From contig CAZHUT010000002.1 of assembly GCA_964535545.1 (NCBI GenBank), positions 1 to 40,313 on the forward strand: 40,313 nt of DNA, in the 5' to 3' direction. A program made the position numbers and the translations under genes. Positions 1 to 9,079 of this stretch are shown one piece after another. Position 1 is the first letter of the stretch. The number at the start of each line of letters is the position of its first letter. The notes under the pieces were generated by a model. That model did not search any database and was not told where the DNA came from. It worked only from the letters and a program-made list of their open reading frames with translations. Source of the DNA: an uncultured Candidatus Saccharibacteria bacterium. GTDB taxonomy: Bacteria; Patescibacteriota; Minisyncoccia; Phycocordibacterales; UBA9973.

Positions 1-407
1 CACCTTCACCTTTTGAAGCTGCAATCAATTCATCAGCGAGTTTCATGTGCATTGGCTGGCCTTTCTTGCCTCGAGCTGCATCAATGATCCAGCGGATAGC
101 GAGAGCCTGGCGTCGTTCTGGTCGAACTTCGCGAGGAACCTGGTAGTTAGCACCACCGATTCGGCGTGAACGGACTTCCATGAGTGGAGATGCGTTCTTG
201 ATTGCTTCTGCAAAAACTGCGAGTGGGTCCTGGCCTCCTGACTTTTCCTTGATAACATCAAGTGTGCCGTAGACTACTTTGATAGCTGTTTCCTTCTTAC
301 CTGAGAGCATGACCTTGTTGATGAACTTTGCGAGTTCAGCTGACTGGTACTGGCTGTCTGGCTTTGGAATATTTCGATTTTTTACTTTTCGTCGCATACG
401 TTAACTC
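1..407 (-). CDS. rpsG: 30S ribosomal protein S7, C-terminal part cut by window edge
   Basis: Not in the ORF track because it runs off the window. Reverse-strand ATG at 405-407, about 20 nt after the rpsL stop. My translation MRRKVKNRNIPKPDSQYQSAELAKFINKVMLSGKKETAIKVVYG...MEVRSRRIGGANYQVPREVRPERRQALAIRWII is canonical S7. Order rpsL-rpsG matches the str operon. Confidence 0.93.
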
Positions 408-428
408 TTATTTCTTAGCGCCAGGCTA

Positions 429-854
429 TTATTTCTTCGCCCCGGCTTTCGGCTTCTTGTTACCGTACAATGAGCGACCCTGGCGGCGCTTTTCAACGCC
501 TGATGCATCGAGACGTCCGCGAACGATGTGGTAGCGGCATCCGATCAAGTCCTTAACGCGGCCTCCGCGAATAACGACCACTGAGTGTTCCTGGAGGTTG
601 TGGCCTTCACCTGGGATGTAGGCTGTAACTTCCATGCCGTTTGTAAGGCGAACACGGGCGATCTTTCGGAGCGCTGAGTTTGGCTTCTTTGGAGTAGTTG
701 TCGTAACTTTTGTACATACACCTCGCTTGAATGGAGATGAGTAGAAAATCGGTCGGTTCTTGAGCGCGTTAAAACCACGAGCCAAAGCAACCGCTTTTGA
801 CTTTCGAACAACTTTCTTTCTTGGTTTTCGAACTAATTGATTAATTGAGGGCAT
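429..854 (-). CDS. rpsL: 30S ribosomal protein S12
   Basis: 141-aa [17 protein letters not shown]...[40 protein letters not shown]...[15 protein letters not shown], the classic S12 sequence. Confidence 0.97.
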   Translation of the reverse strand: MPSINQLVRKPRKKVVRKSKAVALARGFNALKNRPIFYSSPFKRGVCTKVTTTTPKKPNSALRKIARVRLTNGMEVTAYIPGEGHNLQEHSVVVIRGGRVKDLIGCRYHIVRGRLDASGVEKRRQGRSLYGNKKPKAGAKK

Positions 855-860
855 TTATGT

Positions 861-890
861 TCTATAAAAACTAACCTATATAATAGGCAA
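861..890 (-). promoter_or_regulatory. Putative rpsL promoter, leaderless geometry
   Basis: On the minus strand, TTGCCT (890-885), an 18-nt spacer, TATAGA (866-861), then only 6 nt to the ATG at 854. Confidence 0.5.
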
Positions 891-1006
891 CTCTTTGAAT
901 ACCTTGGGCTCAGACAAAGCTTTCGGGTAAACAAAAAAGTCTGCAAGAGACTTGTGCGGCTATAATACAAGAGAACGGCCAAAAAAGCAAGAGTTAACTA
1001 GGGTAA

Positions 1007-1107
1007 GCCGGAGGGCTGTATGTTGGCCAATGCCGAGGACTGTCTGAGGCAGCCCGCATAGCGGGTGCCGAGTTCCGCAGGCTTTGGCCAGCATACGGCC
1101 CGAAGGC
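1007..1107 (+). ncRNA. Unclassified rod-like structured RNA candidate (about 100 nt)
   Basis: GC-rich island between two minus-strand genes. Positions 1013-1034 pair with 1080-1101 at 21 of 22 positions, including two U-G wobbles that would be A-C mismatches on the minus strand. Inner helices are 1037-1040/1072-1075 and 1048-1057/1061-1069. A TATAAT lies at 961-966 upstream. Confidence 0.5.
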
Positions 1108-1123
1108 TAGCAGGTCTAGGTTA

Positions 1124-1759
1124 TTAGAGTCGTACTCCTGTAAGGACTGTGTAAAGCCAGCTCATGGCCGGAGATATGAAATCGTACTTCCAGAGAACGA
1201 TAACCAGGATGAAAACAAGCAAAAAACCGTTGCCTTCTATGGTTTCGCGGAAATTGCGGAAGCGCTCGCCTGAGAAGAAGCTAAAGAGGATCTTTGAGCC
1301 GTCGAGCGGCGGTACTGGGAGGAGATTGAAGAAGCCAAGACCGATGTTGGCGAGAATAATGACTGAGACTATATATACAAAGGCGTCATTTGCCACACCG
1401 AAAGCGACGCCAAGTCGGAATACGCCGCCGAAGATGAGAGCAAGCAAAAAATTGGCAACAATTCCGGCCGAAGCTACTGCCAGTGTCCCCCATCGTTTGT
1501 TGGAAAGGTTATTTTCATTGTATGGAACCGGCCGAGCCCAGCCGAACGGAAATGGCGATCCGGAAATGATTAAAATACCCGGAACGAGAATGGAACCGAT
1601 CAGATCGATGTGCTTGATGGGATTGAGCGTCAGACGTCCTGCCAAGAGCGCTGTACGGTCTTTGAAGTATAAAGCTGCATAGCCGTGGGAGACTTCGTGG
1701 ACAACGACGGACATGATGAGAATGACAACGCCGGCAATGCTGGTGATGGTATCGTTCAT
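1124..1759 (-). CDS. Site-2 protease family (peptidase M50) membrane metalloprotease
   Basis: HEVSHG (HExxH) motif inside a hydrophobic segment, several TM helices, and an NLLPVPPLDGSKI motif typical of M50. Confidence 0.85.
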   Translation of the reverse strand: MNDTITSIAGVVILIMSVVVHEVSHGYAALYFKDRTALLAGRLTLNPIKHIDLIGSILVPGILIISGSPFPFGWARPVPYNENNLSNKRWGTLAVASAGIVANFLLALIFGGVFRLGVAFGVANDAFVYIVSVIILANIGLGFFNLLPVPPLDGSKILFSFFSGERFRNFRETIEGNGFLLVFILVIVLWKYDFISPAMSWLYTVLTGVRL

Positions 1760-1801
1760 ACTGGAAAGAGTATAGCAGGTTACTTTTGGTTTCCAAACTA
1801 T

Positions 1802-2368
1802 TTAGAACAAACCTATTGGTGCTAGTGCTATATAATTTGACGCCCAAGCAAGAACAAACAAGCAAATAATCAGTACCGAGTAACGATTTGTTTTTTGAAG
1901 AAACGTAAGCTTCATTCCCCGCTTCTTCTGTAAAATTAAGTTGCAGACAATCCCCATGATTAAAAGCATAATTAAAAGGGTAAAAGAAATTATTCCGATG
2001 GGCTGAATTTTAACGAATGCTACTGTAATGACCTGTAGAAAACCCGCCTGGCCATACGGCATAATGTTCGGATAGGAAAAATGAAAATAAACAGGAAAAG
2101 ATACGAGAATAGATAGAACTATTTGTCCAAGTACTGGTAATGAGACTAGAATTTCTAATATTCCAAGTGCTGAACCCGTAAAACTATGTGAGTGGGAATC
2201 AATGATTGGCGGAGGAAGTGGAACGGCCATTGGGTTTGTTTGTGCTTCTGCTAGTTCAATATCGGCCATTACCCAACCTTGTGACAGCAAGAGTGCGCGG
2301 TAGTGCTCTTGGGGAACGCTCTGCGCCTTCTGTTTTTTAATGAAATCGATGACTTCTGGTGTAACCAT
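1802..2368 (-). CDS. Hypothetical membrane protein
   Basis: 188-aa ORF with a soluble N-terminal 45 aa followed by 4-5 hydrophobic helices. TATACT lies 8 nt upstream of the ATG. Confidence 0.7.
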   Translation of the reverse strand: MVTPEVIDFIKKQKAQSVPQEHYRALLLSQGWVMADIELAEAQTNPMAVPLPPPIIDSHSHSFTGSALGILEILVSLPVLGQIVLSILVSFPVYFHFSYPNIMPYGQAGFLQVITVAFVKIQPIGIISFTLLIMLLIMGIVCNLILQKKRGMKLTFLQKTNRYSVLIICLFVLAWASNYIALAPIGLF

Positions 2369-2431
2369 ATATCGTAAGTATATCAGTCAAACATAAATAA
2401 AACCCCGATTTATTGGTATTTCTGTGGAAAG

Positions 2432-2460
2432 TTGCATAATTTAAACTTCCGTGCTATTGT
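2432..2460 (+). promoter_or_regulatory. Putative rpmB promoter
   Basis: TTGCAT (2432-2437), N17, TATTGT (2455-2460), then 9 nt to the ATG at 2470. Confidence 0.5.
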
Positions 2461-2469
2461 ATCCCCGTT

Positions 2470-2712
2470 ATGGCAAAGGTATGTCCAATCACTAAAACAG
2501 GTTCACGCGTCGCGGGGGGTTACTCCAACCGTGTTCGTGCTACCAAATTCAACCCAACAGGTAAGGTCCGAAAGTATCCAAATCTTCAGAAAAAGAAGGT
2601 CTACATCCCTGAGCTTAAGAAATCAATCACCCTCGAAATCTCAACTCGCGCAATCCGCACAATCAACAAGCGTGGCGCATACCAGACTTTGAAGAAAGCT
2701 GGCATCCTCTAA
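2470..2712 (+). CDS. rpmB: 50S ribosomal protein L28
   Basis: 80-aa basic ORF MAKVCPITKTGSRVAGGYSNRVRATKFNPTGKVRKYPNLQKKKVY, an L28 pattern. Confidence 0.9.
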   Translation: MAKVCPITKTGSRVAGGYSNRVRATKFNPTGKVRKYPNLQKKKVYIPELKKSITLEISTRAIRTINKRGAYQTLKKAGIL

Positions 2713-2728
2713 GACCAAAACAAAAAAA

Positions 2729-2749
2729 CCGCCGATCGGCGGTTTTTTT
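2729..2749 (+). terminator. Intrinsic terminator after rpmB
   Basis: CCGCCGATCGGCGG hairpin followed by T7. Confidence 0.8.
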
Positions 2750-2776
2750 GTTTCCGGTTTGATATACTTCCTCTAT

Positions 2777-4576
2777 ATGAAAAAAATCTGGAACGGCATT
2801 GTCGCCAAACTCGGCGAGTGGTTCTCTCTTGATTACCGATCAATGGCATTACTCCGCATAGGAGTCGGTCTCACGCTCATCTTTGATCTGATACAACGAT
2901 CATATGATCTCCGGGCTTTTTATACTGACTCGGGCGTACTGCCTCGAGTAGATTATCTCCGACTCTGGAACAATGAATGGTGGATCTCGCTCCATATGGC
3001 CGGAGGCTTAGCGACATTTGAAGCTATTCTTTTCATCATTGCCGCAATTTTTGCCGTTATGCTTTTGCTTGGATATCGCACCCGCTTTGCCATGATCATG
3101 TCATGGTTCTTTCTTGTCTCACTGCACTTGCGCAATCCGACCGTCCTGCAGGGTGGCGATATTCTTTTCCGCGTCATTCTATTCTGGATGATGTTCTTGC
3201 CACTGGGACAGGCATGGTCGCTCGATCGTCTTTTCAACCGTGTTCCAACACCAAGCAAGAAAATATATTTCTCAATGGCAACGGTTGCCTATATTGTTCA
3301 AGTCTGTCTGCTGTATCTCTTTACCGGCCTGCTCAAGACGGGAACTGCGTGGCATGATGGCACGGCCGTGTACTACGCACTCAATGTAGACCAACTTATT
3401 ACGCCAATGGGAGCATACCTCAGAGAATTTCCTGCTGTAATGTCAGCACTCACGTATGCAACATGGTACCTTGAAGTCTACGGCGTTCTACTATTCTTCT
3501 CACCGGTCGCAACATCATTTTTCCGAACACTTGGAATTATCCTTTTTGCTGGACTGCAGATCGGCTTCAATACATCGATGCGGCTGGGCCTCTTTGGCAT
3601 GATTGCTATTGTGATAACGCTCGGACTTATTCCAACAGACTTTTGGGATTCTGGCTGGAGCCGTTTCAGTGACTGGATTGCTTCCAAAGGGAAAAAGGGG
3701 CTTACCATCTATTATGATTTTGAATGCAGCTTCTGCCACAAAGCAACAATCATGCTGAAGCGCGTACTGCTACTCAATCCTGAAACAAAGATTTTGCCTG
3801 CGCATGAAGAACCGGCAGTTGAAACGCTCATGCTTGCTCGCAATTCGTGGGTTATTGTTGACGGCTGCGGCATGCGGGCAACAAAGTGGAGTGGTTTTGT
3901 GATGATGCTCGCCCATTCGCCGCTTCTCTCATGGACAACATTTATCGCGAGAGCACCATTCGTTACATACTTCGGTGACAAAGTATATGAATCAGTTTCC
4001 AAGCGCCGCAAAATGGTATGTGTCGCTGAGCCAATTGAAGCGGCGCCGACACCTAAAGTTAAAGCTCGCCGTACGCTCGTAAATATCTTTGTGGCATTTT
4101 GTCTCTTGTATGCCATTTGCTGGAACATCGACACTTTGGGTCTAAATCGTAAGCTCATCAATCCAAGCTTCGAATGGTTTGGCTGGACACTTCATCTCGA
4201 CCAGAAATTTAACATGTTTGCGCCAACACCACTTCTTGAAGACGGATGGTATGTTATGCCGGGCACGTTGCAAGACGGAAGCAAGGTGGATGTCTTTAGC
4301 GGCAAAGAAGTTTCGTATGAAAAGCCGCAGTGGGTTGCCTACACCTACAAGAATCAGCGATGGCAAAAGTATCTGATGAACCTCTGGAGCCGTGACTTTG
4401 CTGAGTACCGCCAAGGATATGGAAAGTATCTATGTCGCGAATGGAATGCAAAGCATTCTGGTGAGAAACGGCTTGAAACATTTGATATCATCTTCATGCT
4501 CGAAGTCACTCCTGCTCCGGGCCAACCGCAGAGTCCGGTAGTGCCGACAACGATTTGGAGTCATCATTGCTTTTAG
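2777..4576 (+). CDS. HTTM (vitamin-K gamma-carboxylase-like) membrane domain fused to a DCC/DUF393 thiol-disulfide oxidoreductase-like module
   Basis: Polytopic N-terminal half with an HTTM-like pattern (LALLRIGVGL...D...R..D, many TM helices). Central YYDFECSFCHK (YDGxCxxC-type DCC motif). C-terminal soluble part WFGW..DQKFNMFAPTP. I moved the start to ATG 2777, because the TTG at 2759 overlaps the rpmB terminator. Confidence 0.75.
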   Translation: MKKIWNGIVAKLGEWFSLDYRSMALLRIGVGLTLIFDLIQRSYDLRAFYTDSGVLPRVDYLRLWNNEWWISLHMAGGLATFEAILFIIAAIFAVMLLLGYRTRFAMIMSWFFLVSLHLRNPTVLQGGDILFRVILFWMMFLPLGQAWSLDRLFNRVPTPSKKIYFSMATVAYIVQVCLLYLFTGLLKTGTAWHDGTAVYYALNVDQLITPMGAYLREFPAVMSALTYATWYLEVYGVLLFFSPVATSFFRTLGIILFAGLQIGFNTSMRLGLFGMIAIVITLGLIPTDFWDSGWSRFSDWIASKGKKGLTIYYDFECSFCHKATIMLKRVLLLNPETKILPAHEEPAVETLMLARNSWVIVDGCGMRATKWSGFVMMLAHSPLLSWTTFIARAPFVTYFGDKVYESVSKRRKMVCVAEPIEAAPTPKVKARRTLVNIFVAFCLLYAICWNIDTLGLNRKLINPSFEWFGWTLHLDQKFNMFAPTPLLEDGWYVMPGTLQDGSKVDVFSGKEVSYEKPQWVAYTYKNQRWQKYLMNLWSRDFAEYRQGYGKYLCREWNAKHSGEKRLETFDIIFMLEVTPAPGQPQSPVVPTTIWSHHCF

Positions 4577-4601
4577 GGAAATAAAAAAACTACAAACAAA
4601 A

Positions 4602-4631
4602 ACAGCGGCGCCTTCGGCGCCGCTGTTTTTT
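4602..4631. terminator. Hairpin terminator shared by convergent genes
   Basis: ACAGCGGCGCC-TTCG-GGCGCCGCTGT followed by a T-run. Confidence 0.8.
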
Positions 4632-4641
4632 ATAATACTAG

Positions 4642-6870
4642 TTAGTGAATCAAATACGATCCAGTAGGAAATCCATAGATATAACTTCCCACTAAGTTAG
4701 TGCCTGATGCACCGTTTGTTGCGGTATCATCCCAATTAAATTCGAATGATGAAAGCGAAGTGGCAATACTGCCATTTCCATTGTTTACACCATAGATAAG
4801 ATTTGCGTAGAGGCCGAATGTTTTTGAAGTGCCTGCTGGAATTATATAACCGTCATAATCAGTATTTGACGCTGAGCCAAATTCACAGAGCGCCATCGGC
4901 ACAAAGCTGCAGTGGCTGCCGGTGATAGTAACTCCTCCTTCAGCAATTCGCGGATTGCCAAGTGTTGGGTTAGAAGCAAATCCTGATGGCCATGGATTAA
5001 ATTGAATATCGTTAATTTTTATATCTTCATGCGCGTCCGCAGTAATAGTTACTTCGCCGATCTTGTTCTCGGCACCAAGCGTCAAACCATTATTTGGCGT
5101 CGTATTGACTGTTACAATTGGCTTTGAACCGACAACAAACATTTTATTTGTTGCTCCAACTGTAATTACTGCAGTATTAGTAACGCCAGTTCCTGAACAA
5201 GTAAATTTAACAGAATTCAAATCCACCATAGACTGGGTATTTGAAGGAATACCGCTCACACCAACCGGAGCGTATGAGAAGAATGCGTCGACATTTACAC
5301 CTGCGCCACCCTGCGGCACCACAATGTTAAGTCCTGTAAGCCATGCCTGTCCTGAAACAACCGGAGCTGTTACTGAACCGACACGAACTGAAGTGACTGA
5401 CATTGGCACATCTACTGCAAATTTCATTTCACTTATTGTTGCTTGCTGCGGCGAAGTAAAGTTATACGTAACTTTTGTTGCGTCCGTTACTCCGTTAGTC
5501 GTGCCTGCAGCAACATATTGAGTTGCAGTTGAGTTAGAAGCGATAATTGTTGGTTGGAAGATACTGCATGCGGCTTGAGTCTGGCCATTTATTGTAAACC
5601 AGTTATCTGACTGATCTTCTGCGTAGACATTATCAGTGCTTGTAATTACAAGCACTTTATAGAACGTACCTGGCTGCCACTGATTTGCATTCAAACCAGC
5701 AAGTGTAGGTAATGTTACTACTTCACTGCCGTCGTTAAATGAATATGTGATCGGTCCAGGGAATGGCAGTAAATCACTGACTATTCCATTCTGACTTGAA
5801 AGAATTTTGAATGAAACTTTATGATCAGCTGGTACATTACACGTCTCCCATGTCACTGTGATCTGCTGTCCAGCAGAATACGATTCGCCACCATTCGGAG
5901 AAGTGACTTTTAGTGTTGGAGTTGTATTACTCAACAAGCAAGGCAAGTGATTGCTTAGAATTGATGAAGCAGATTGAATTGGCCCAAGCTGGTTACATGG
6001 CTGGCCAGTAGTAGTGCTGTAGCCATGCCATGAAGTACAACCTGGAGGGAATATTCCTGCTGCGCCAACATTACCGTTTACCTGAGCTTGTGCGACAACG
6101 GTAGAACCAGCAAGTGCTGCACGAGTTTTTGGACCAACACTTGTACCATCGCCACCGGCAATTCCAGCTTCTGCTTGGAACTGTCGAACCGCAGCAACAG
6201 TCATTCGTCCATACAGACCAGTTGCATTGTCAGCTGTGAGGAATCCCTTGCCGACGAGAATCTTCTGGAGTTTCATAACTTCGTCGCTTCGTTCACCTTG
6301 ATTGAGGTTACGGGTGAAAGAAACATTTGTTGTCGCAACTACTACTGCAGTTTTACAAGCTGGATCTTCCGGATGATTTTGACAGTACCAGCTCTGATCC
6401 TGAGCAGCTGCCTGTTGGCTTACAACGTATGAATTTGTGACTGGGAGATAATTTGTTGTCGCATGTGAAGTTGTAACAGGCATGTTTCCCGTTGGGTTAG
6501 AAACCGCTGTCGGCTGCAACTGTCCTCCGCCAACTACTGGATCAGTAGTGGTAGTTGTCTGCTTGATTGTCGGAGTAAGACCATCAGCAGTAATTGGCTG
6601 CATAACGCCAATAATCCCAGTCGGCTTGGCCGTAACTGAGGTTGTCGAAATCTTTGTAGCATCAGTAGTCAAAGACGCATCGATCTTTGAACTAGTGATC
6701 ATATCACTTGCACGAATAACAGCTGCACCTAACTGGGTCTTCATATCTGAAACCTGTTGTCTCAGAGATGTGATCTCTCTCCAGAGATCATCTAACGTAA
6801 CCGCGTGTGCCTGTGCTGCGAATCCTGCAAGAGAAACGACGAGCATCAGAGCAATAATGAATTTCTTCAT
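4642..6870 (-). CDS. Large secreted Thr/Gly-rich protein with a peptidoglycan-binding (PG_binding_1-like) domain
   Basis: Signal peptide MKKFIIALMLVVSLAGFAAQAHA. Segment DEVMKLQKILVGKGFLTADNATGLYGRMTVAAVRQFQAEAGI...GPKTRAAL matches the PGBD pattern. The rest is low-complexity and beta-rich. Confidence 0.8.
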   Translation of the reverse strand: MKKFIIALMLVVSLAGFAAQAHAVTLDDLWREITSLRQQVSDMKTQLGAAVIRASDMITSSKIDASLTTDATKISTTSVTAKPTGIIGVMQPITADGLTPTIKQTTTTTDPVVGGGQLQPTAVSNPTGNMPVTTSHATTNYLPVTNSYVVSQQAAAQDQSWYCQNHPEDPACKTAVVVATTNVSFTRNLNQGERSDEVMKLQKILVGKGFLTADNATGLYGRMTVAAVRQFQAEAGIAGGDGTSVGPKTRAALAGSTVVAQAQVNGNVGAAGIFPPGCTSWHGYSTTTGQPCNQLGPIQSASSILSNHLPCLLSNTTPTLKVTSPNGGESYSAGQQITVTWETCNVPADHKVSFKILSSQNGIVSDLLPFPGPITYSFNDGSEVVTLPTLAGLNANQWQPGTFYKVLVITSTDNVYAEDQSDNWFTINGQTQAACSIFQPTIIASNSTATQYVAAGTTNGVTDATKVTYNFTSPQQATISEMKFAVDVPMSVTSVRVGSVTAPVVSGQAWLTGLNIVVPQGGAGVNVDAFFSYAPVGVSGIPSNTQSMVDLNSVKFTCSGTGVTNTAVITVGATNKMFVVGSKPIVTVNTTPNNGLTLGAENKIGEVTITADAHEDIKINDIQFNPWPSGFASNPTLGNPRIAEGGVTITGSHCSFVPMALCEFGSASNTDYDGYIIPAGTSKTFGLYANLIYGVNNGNGSIATSLSSFEFNWDDTATNGASGTNLVGSYIYGFPTGSYLIH

Positions 6871-6945
6871 TTTTAACTCTCTATATTTAACTGATAAATA
6901 ACACGATAATTATACTCCTGTGGCGATATGAGGGCTATGGTATTG

Positions 6946-6954
6946 TGTGGATAA
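6946..6954 (-). promoter_or_regulatory. Perfect DnaA-box 9-mer (TTATCCACA on minus strand)
   Basis: The plus strand reads TGTGGATAA. It lies 31 nt upstream of a TATAAT (6914-6909) preceding the 4642-6870 gene. Confidence 0.45.
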
Positions 6955-7830
6955 CTATTTTGTGGCCTGCTTCCATGCCTTCCCGTCGCTCAGGAAAGTA
7001 ATTGTCCCTTTGTCCTTGGTAACTAGAGGCTGAATACCAAATATAGCTAATTTTTTAAGAGTTTCCTGGTGCGGATGGCCGTATTTGTTATCTTTTCCTG
7101 CTGAAATGATGGCAATTGTCGGCTGGACCGCCCTTAAAAATGCCTCTGAGGTCGAAGTTCGGGATCCATGATGACCAACCTTCAGAATTTCGCTCTGTAA
7201 ATCCTCAGTTTTATAGGCAGAAAGCAAATAATTTTCGGTCTTTATAGGCGCATCGCCGGTAAACATGACCGAATCCTCCTTATACACCAAGCGTCCAACG
7301 ATTGATGCATCATTAGTCGGTATTTTGCTGACATCACCGTTTGGGAACAAAACGGTAAAAACTATGCCTTGAGCGGCATCAAGATCTACTCGAGTACCTG
7401 CTCGGGCAATGATTTTGGGGATCTGCTTGTCGGAAATAAGGGACTCAAGCTCCAAATATGTCTTTGCATTTGATGTTTTTCCCGATTCTATGACCGTTCC
7501 AATGCTGTACGATTTCACCAAATCAACCAACCCAGCATAATGATCGGCGTCTGGGTGGGTAAGCAGCACAACGTCTATAGATGTATCCCCAACTGGCATC
7601 ACTGAGGCCAGTGGCTTGATCAGTGACCCTCGGGGACCGCCGTCAATGAGCATCTGTCGGCCATTCGGCGCTTCTATGTAAATCGAATCCCCCTGGCCAA
7701 CAGACAGAAATGCGACTTTAAGCAACCCAGCTCCTTGTGGCGCATTGGTATACAAATAAAACCACAGGCAAAAAGCGAAGGCTGCGAGAAAAATAAAACT
7801 ATACAAGCCGGCCTTTCGCATTTTGAACAT
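6955..7830 (-). CDS. ComEC C-terminal-type metallo-beta-lactamase fold protein with N-terminal TM anchor
   Basis: LSVGQGDSIYIE, HPDADHYAGL and VGHHGS motifs, as in the MBL domain of ComEC/Rec2. Confidence 0.8.
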   Translation of the reverse strand: MFKMRKAGLYSFIFLAAFAFCLWFYLYTNAPQGAGLLKVAFLSVGQGDSIYIEAPNGRQMLIDGGPRGSLIKPLASVMPVGDTSIDVVLLTHPDADHYAGLVDLVKSYSIGTVIESGKTSNAKTYLELESLISDKQIPKIIARAGTRVDLDAAQGIVFTVLFPNGDVSKIPTNDASIVGRLVYKEDSVMFTGDAPIKTENYLLSAYKTEDLQSEILKVGHHGSRTSTSEAFLRAVQPTIAIISAGKDNKYGHPHQETLKKLAIFGIQPLVTKDKGTITFLSDGKAWKQATK

Positions 7831-7836
7831 ACTAAG

Positions 7837-7844
7837 AGTATACT
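7837..7844. promoter_or_regulatory. Palindromic AGTATACT, giving TATACT -10 boxes on both strands
   Basis: The minus-strand TATACT is 6 nt from ATG 7830 (leaderless geometry). The plus-strand TATACT (7839-7844) is 30 nt from the sod ATG. Confidence 0.45.
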
Positions 7845-7874
7845 AAATAAGTATTAAGTAATGATGAATATTAT

Positions 7875-8468
7875 ATGAAACCATACACAGCGCACGAATT
7901 TCAAATACCGGAACTTGCAGGCATTTCAAAAAAAACAATCGAAGAACATATTAAGCTCTATCAGGGTTATGTGAAAAATTTTAACGGCATCATGGATCGT
8001 CTTGGCGAGTTGATGGCAGACCCTGAAAAAAATGCTTTTATCATCGGCGAACTGCATCGCCGCATCGCATTCGAATTTAACGGCATGCGCAACCATGAAT
8101 TTTATTTCCATTCTCTCGAAGGCGGAGCAAAGCCATTGCCTGCTGATTCAGAATTTAAAAAAGCGATGGAGCAGGAAGCCGGATCAATTGATAATTTCCT
8201 TATGGGTTTCAAAACATTGGCAATGACTCGCGGTATCGGCTGGGCAATCCTCTACTGGGACAAGCAAGCTGGACAATTTATGCCTGCATGGATTGACGAG
8301 CAACACCTTGGACAGTTAAACGGTCTCTCTCCTGTACTTATGCTCGACATGTGGGAACACTCATATCTCATGGACTATACACCGGGCGAAAAGAAAAAAT
8401 ACGTTGAAGCTTTTTTTGCCAATGTGAATTGGGAAGTGATTGAAAAAAACTTTAAGCAAGTAAAATAA
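7875..8468 (+). CDS. sodA: Fe/Mn superoxide dismutase
   Basis: 197 aa with NGMRNHEFYFHSL and DMWEHSYLMDY (DxWEHxYY-type) motifs. Confidence 0.85.
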   Translation: MKPYTAHEFQIPELAGISKKTIEEHIKLYQGYVKNFNGIMDRLGELMADPEKNAFIIGELHRRIAFEFNGMRNHEFYFHSLEGGAKPLPADSEFKKAMEQEAGSIDNFLMGFKTLAMTRGIGWAILYWDKQAGQFMPAWIDEQHLGQLNGLSPVLMLDMWEHSYLMDYTPGEKKKYVEAFFANVNWEVIEKNFKQVK

Positions 8469-8474
8469 AAAAAT

Positions 8475-8500
8475 AACCACCGCGAAAATTCACGGTGGTT
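8475..8500. terminator. Hairpin between convergent sod and the 8531 gene
   Basis: AACCACCG...CGGTGGTT stem. The preceding A-run gives a T-run on the minus strand. Confidence 0.55.
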
Positions 8501-8530
8501 AGTAGGCTTAAAACATGTTGTGTTAAATTG

Positions 8531-9040
8531 CTAGTTTACCAACTCAAAGCTTGTAATTAGCTCATCAATTTCGCTTGCAGGTGCGGTTAGCAAATCAAAC
8601 ATCTTTGGTATTAAATCAATGTCATGTAATGCTGATAAGCTAATACCGGCATACGGCTCTTTATTATAGAGTTGCTGAGCATTAGCTCTTTTTGCATTCT
8701 CATCAAAACCGCGGTCGATGTAGCCGTCACTGCCCTCAATTTTCGAATCAAACGAATAGGTAATTATTTTCACGTTTTCGTGAGCCTCTTTTGCATAGGC
8801 AACAAACTCGTTGTCATCAAACAACTGTGTTGTCTTTCTGTTGTTGCGTCCTGTAATAAGTATAACTTCTACATTAGGCTCAGTCAGTCGCAGCTGTCTT
8901 AAAATTTCAGTGCGATCGCTGTTAAAAAAAAGTTCAGCTTCTGCATTGCTTTCTTTTAATTTTGCCTCCAACAACTTTTGCAAGTCAGCAGTTAATTCCT
9001 TGTCTTCGTTGGTAAAAACCATTTTTCTTTTTGTAGCCAT
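8531..9040 (-). CDS. Hypothetical protein (169 aa), downstream of comEC
   Basis: Long ORF 39 nt after comEC on the same strand. I recognise no motif. Confidence 0.65.
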   Translation of the reverse strand: MATKRKMVFTNEDKELTADLQKLLEAKLKESNAEAELFFNSDRTEILRQLRLTEPNVEVILITGRNNRKTTQLFDDNEFVAYAKEAHENVKIITYSFDSKIEGSDGYIDRGFDENAKRANAQQLYNKEPYAGISLSALHDIDLIPKMFDLLTAPASEIDELITSFELVN

Positions 9041-9079
9041 GATTGTCTTTTGTTTTAAAATGACTTATATAATAACCCG

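Noticed and set aside
1007-1107. The rod-like RNA as an rpsL ribosomal-protein leader or as SRP RNA.
   Set aside because: The wobble pairs only work on the plus strand, whereas rpsL is on the minus strand. The apex is CCCGC-AUA-GCGGG without a GNAR tetraloop or a GGAAGCAG-type motif. A CCCGAAGGCUAGCAGG string at 1099-1114 looks SRP-like, but using it would break the 21-bp helix and run into the protease CDS.
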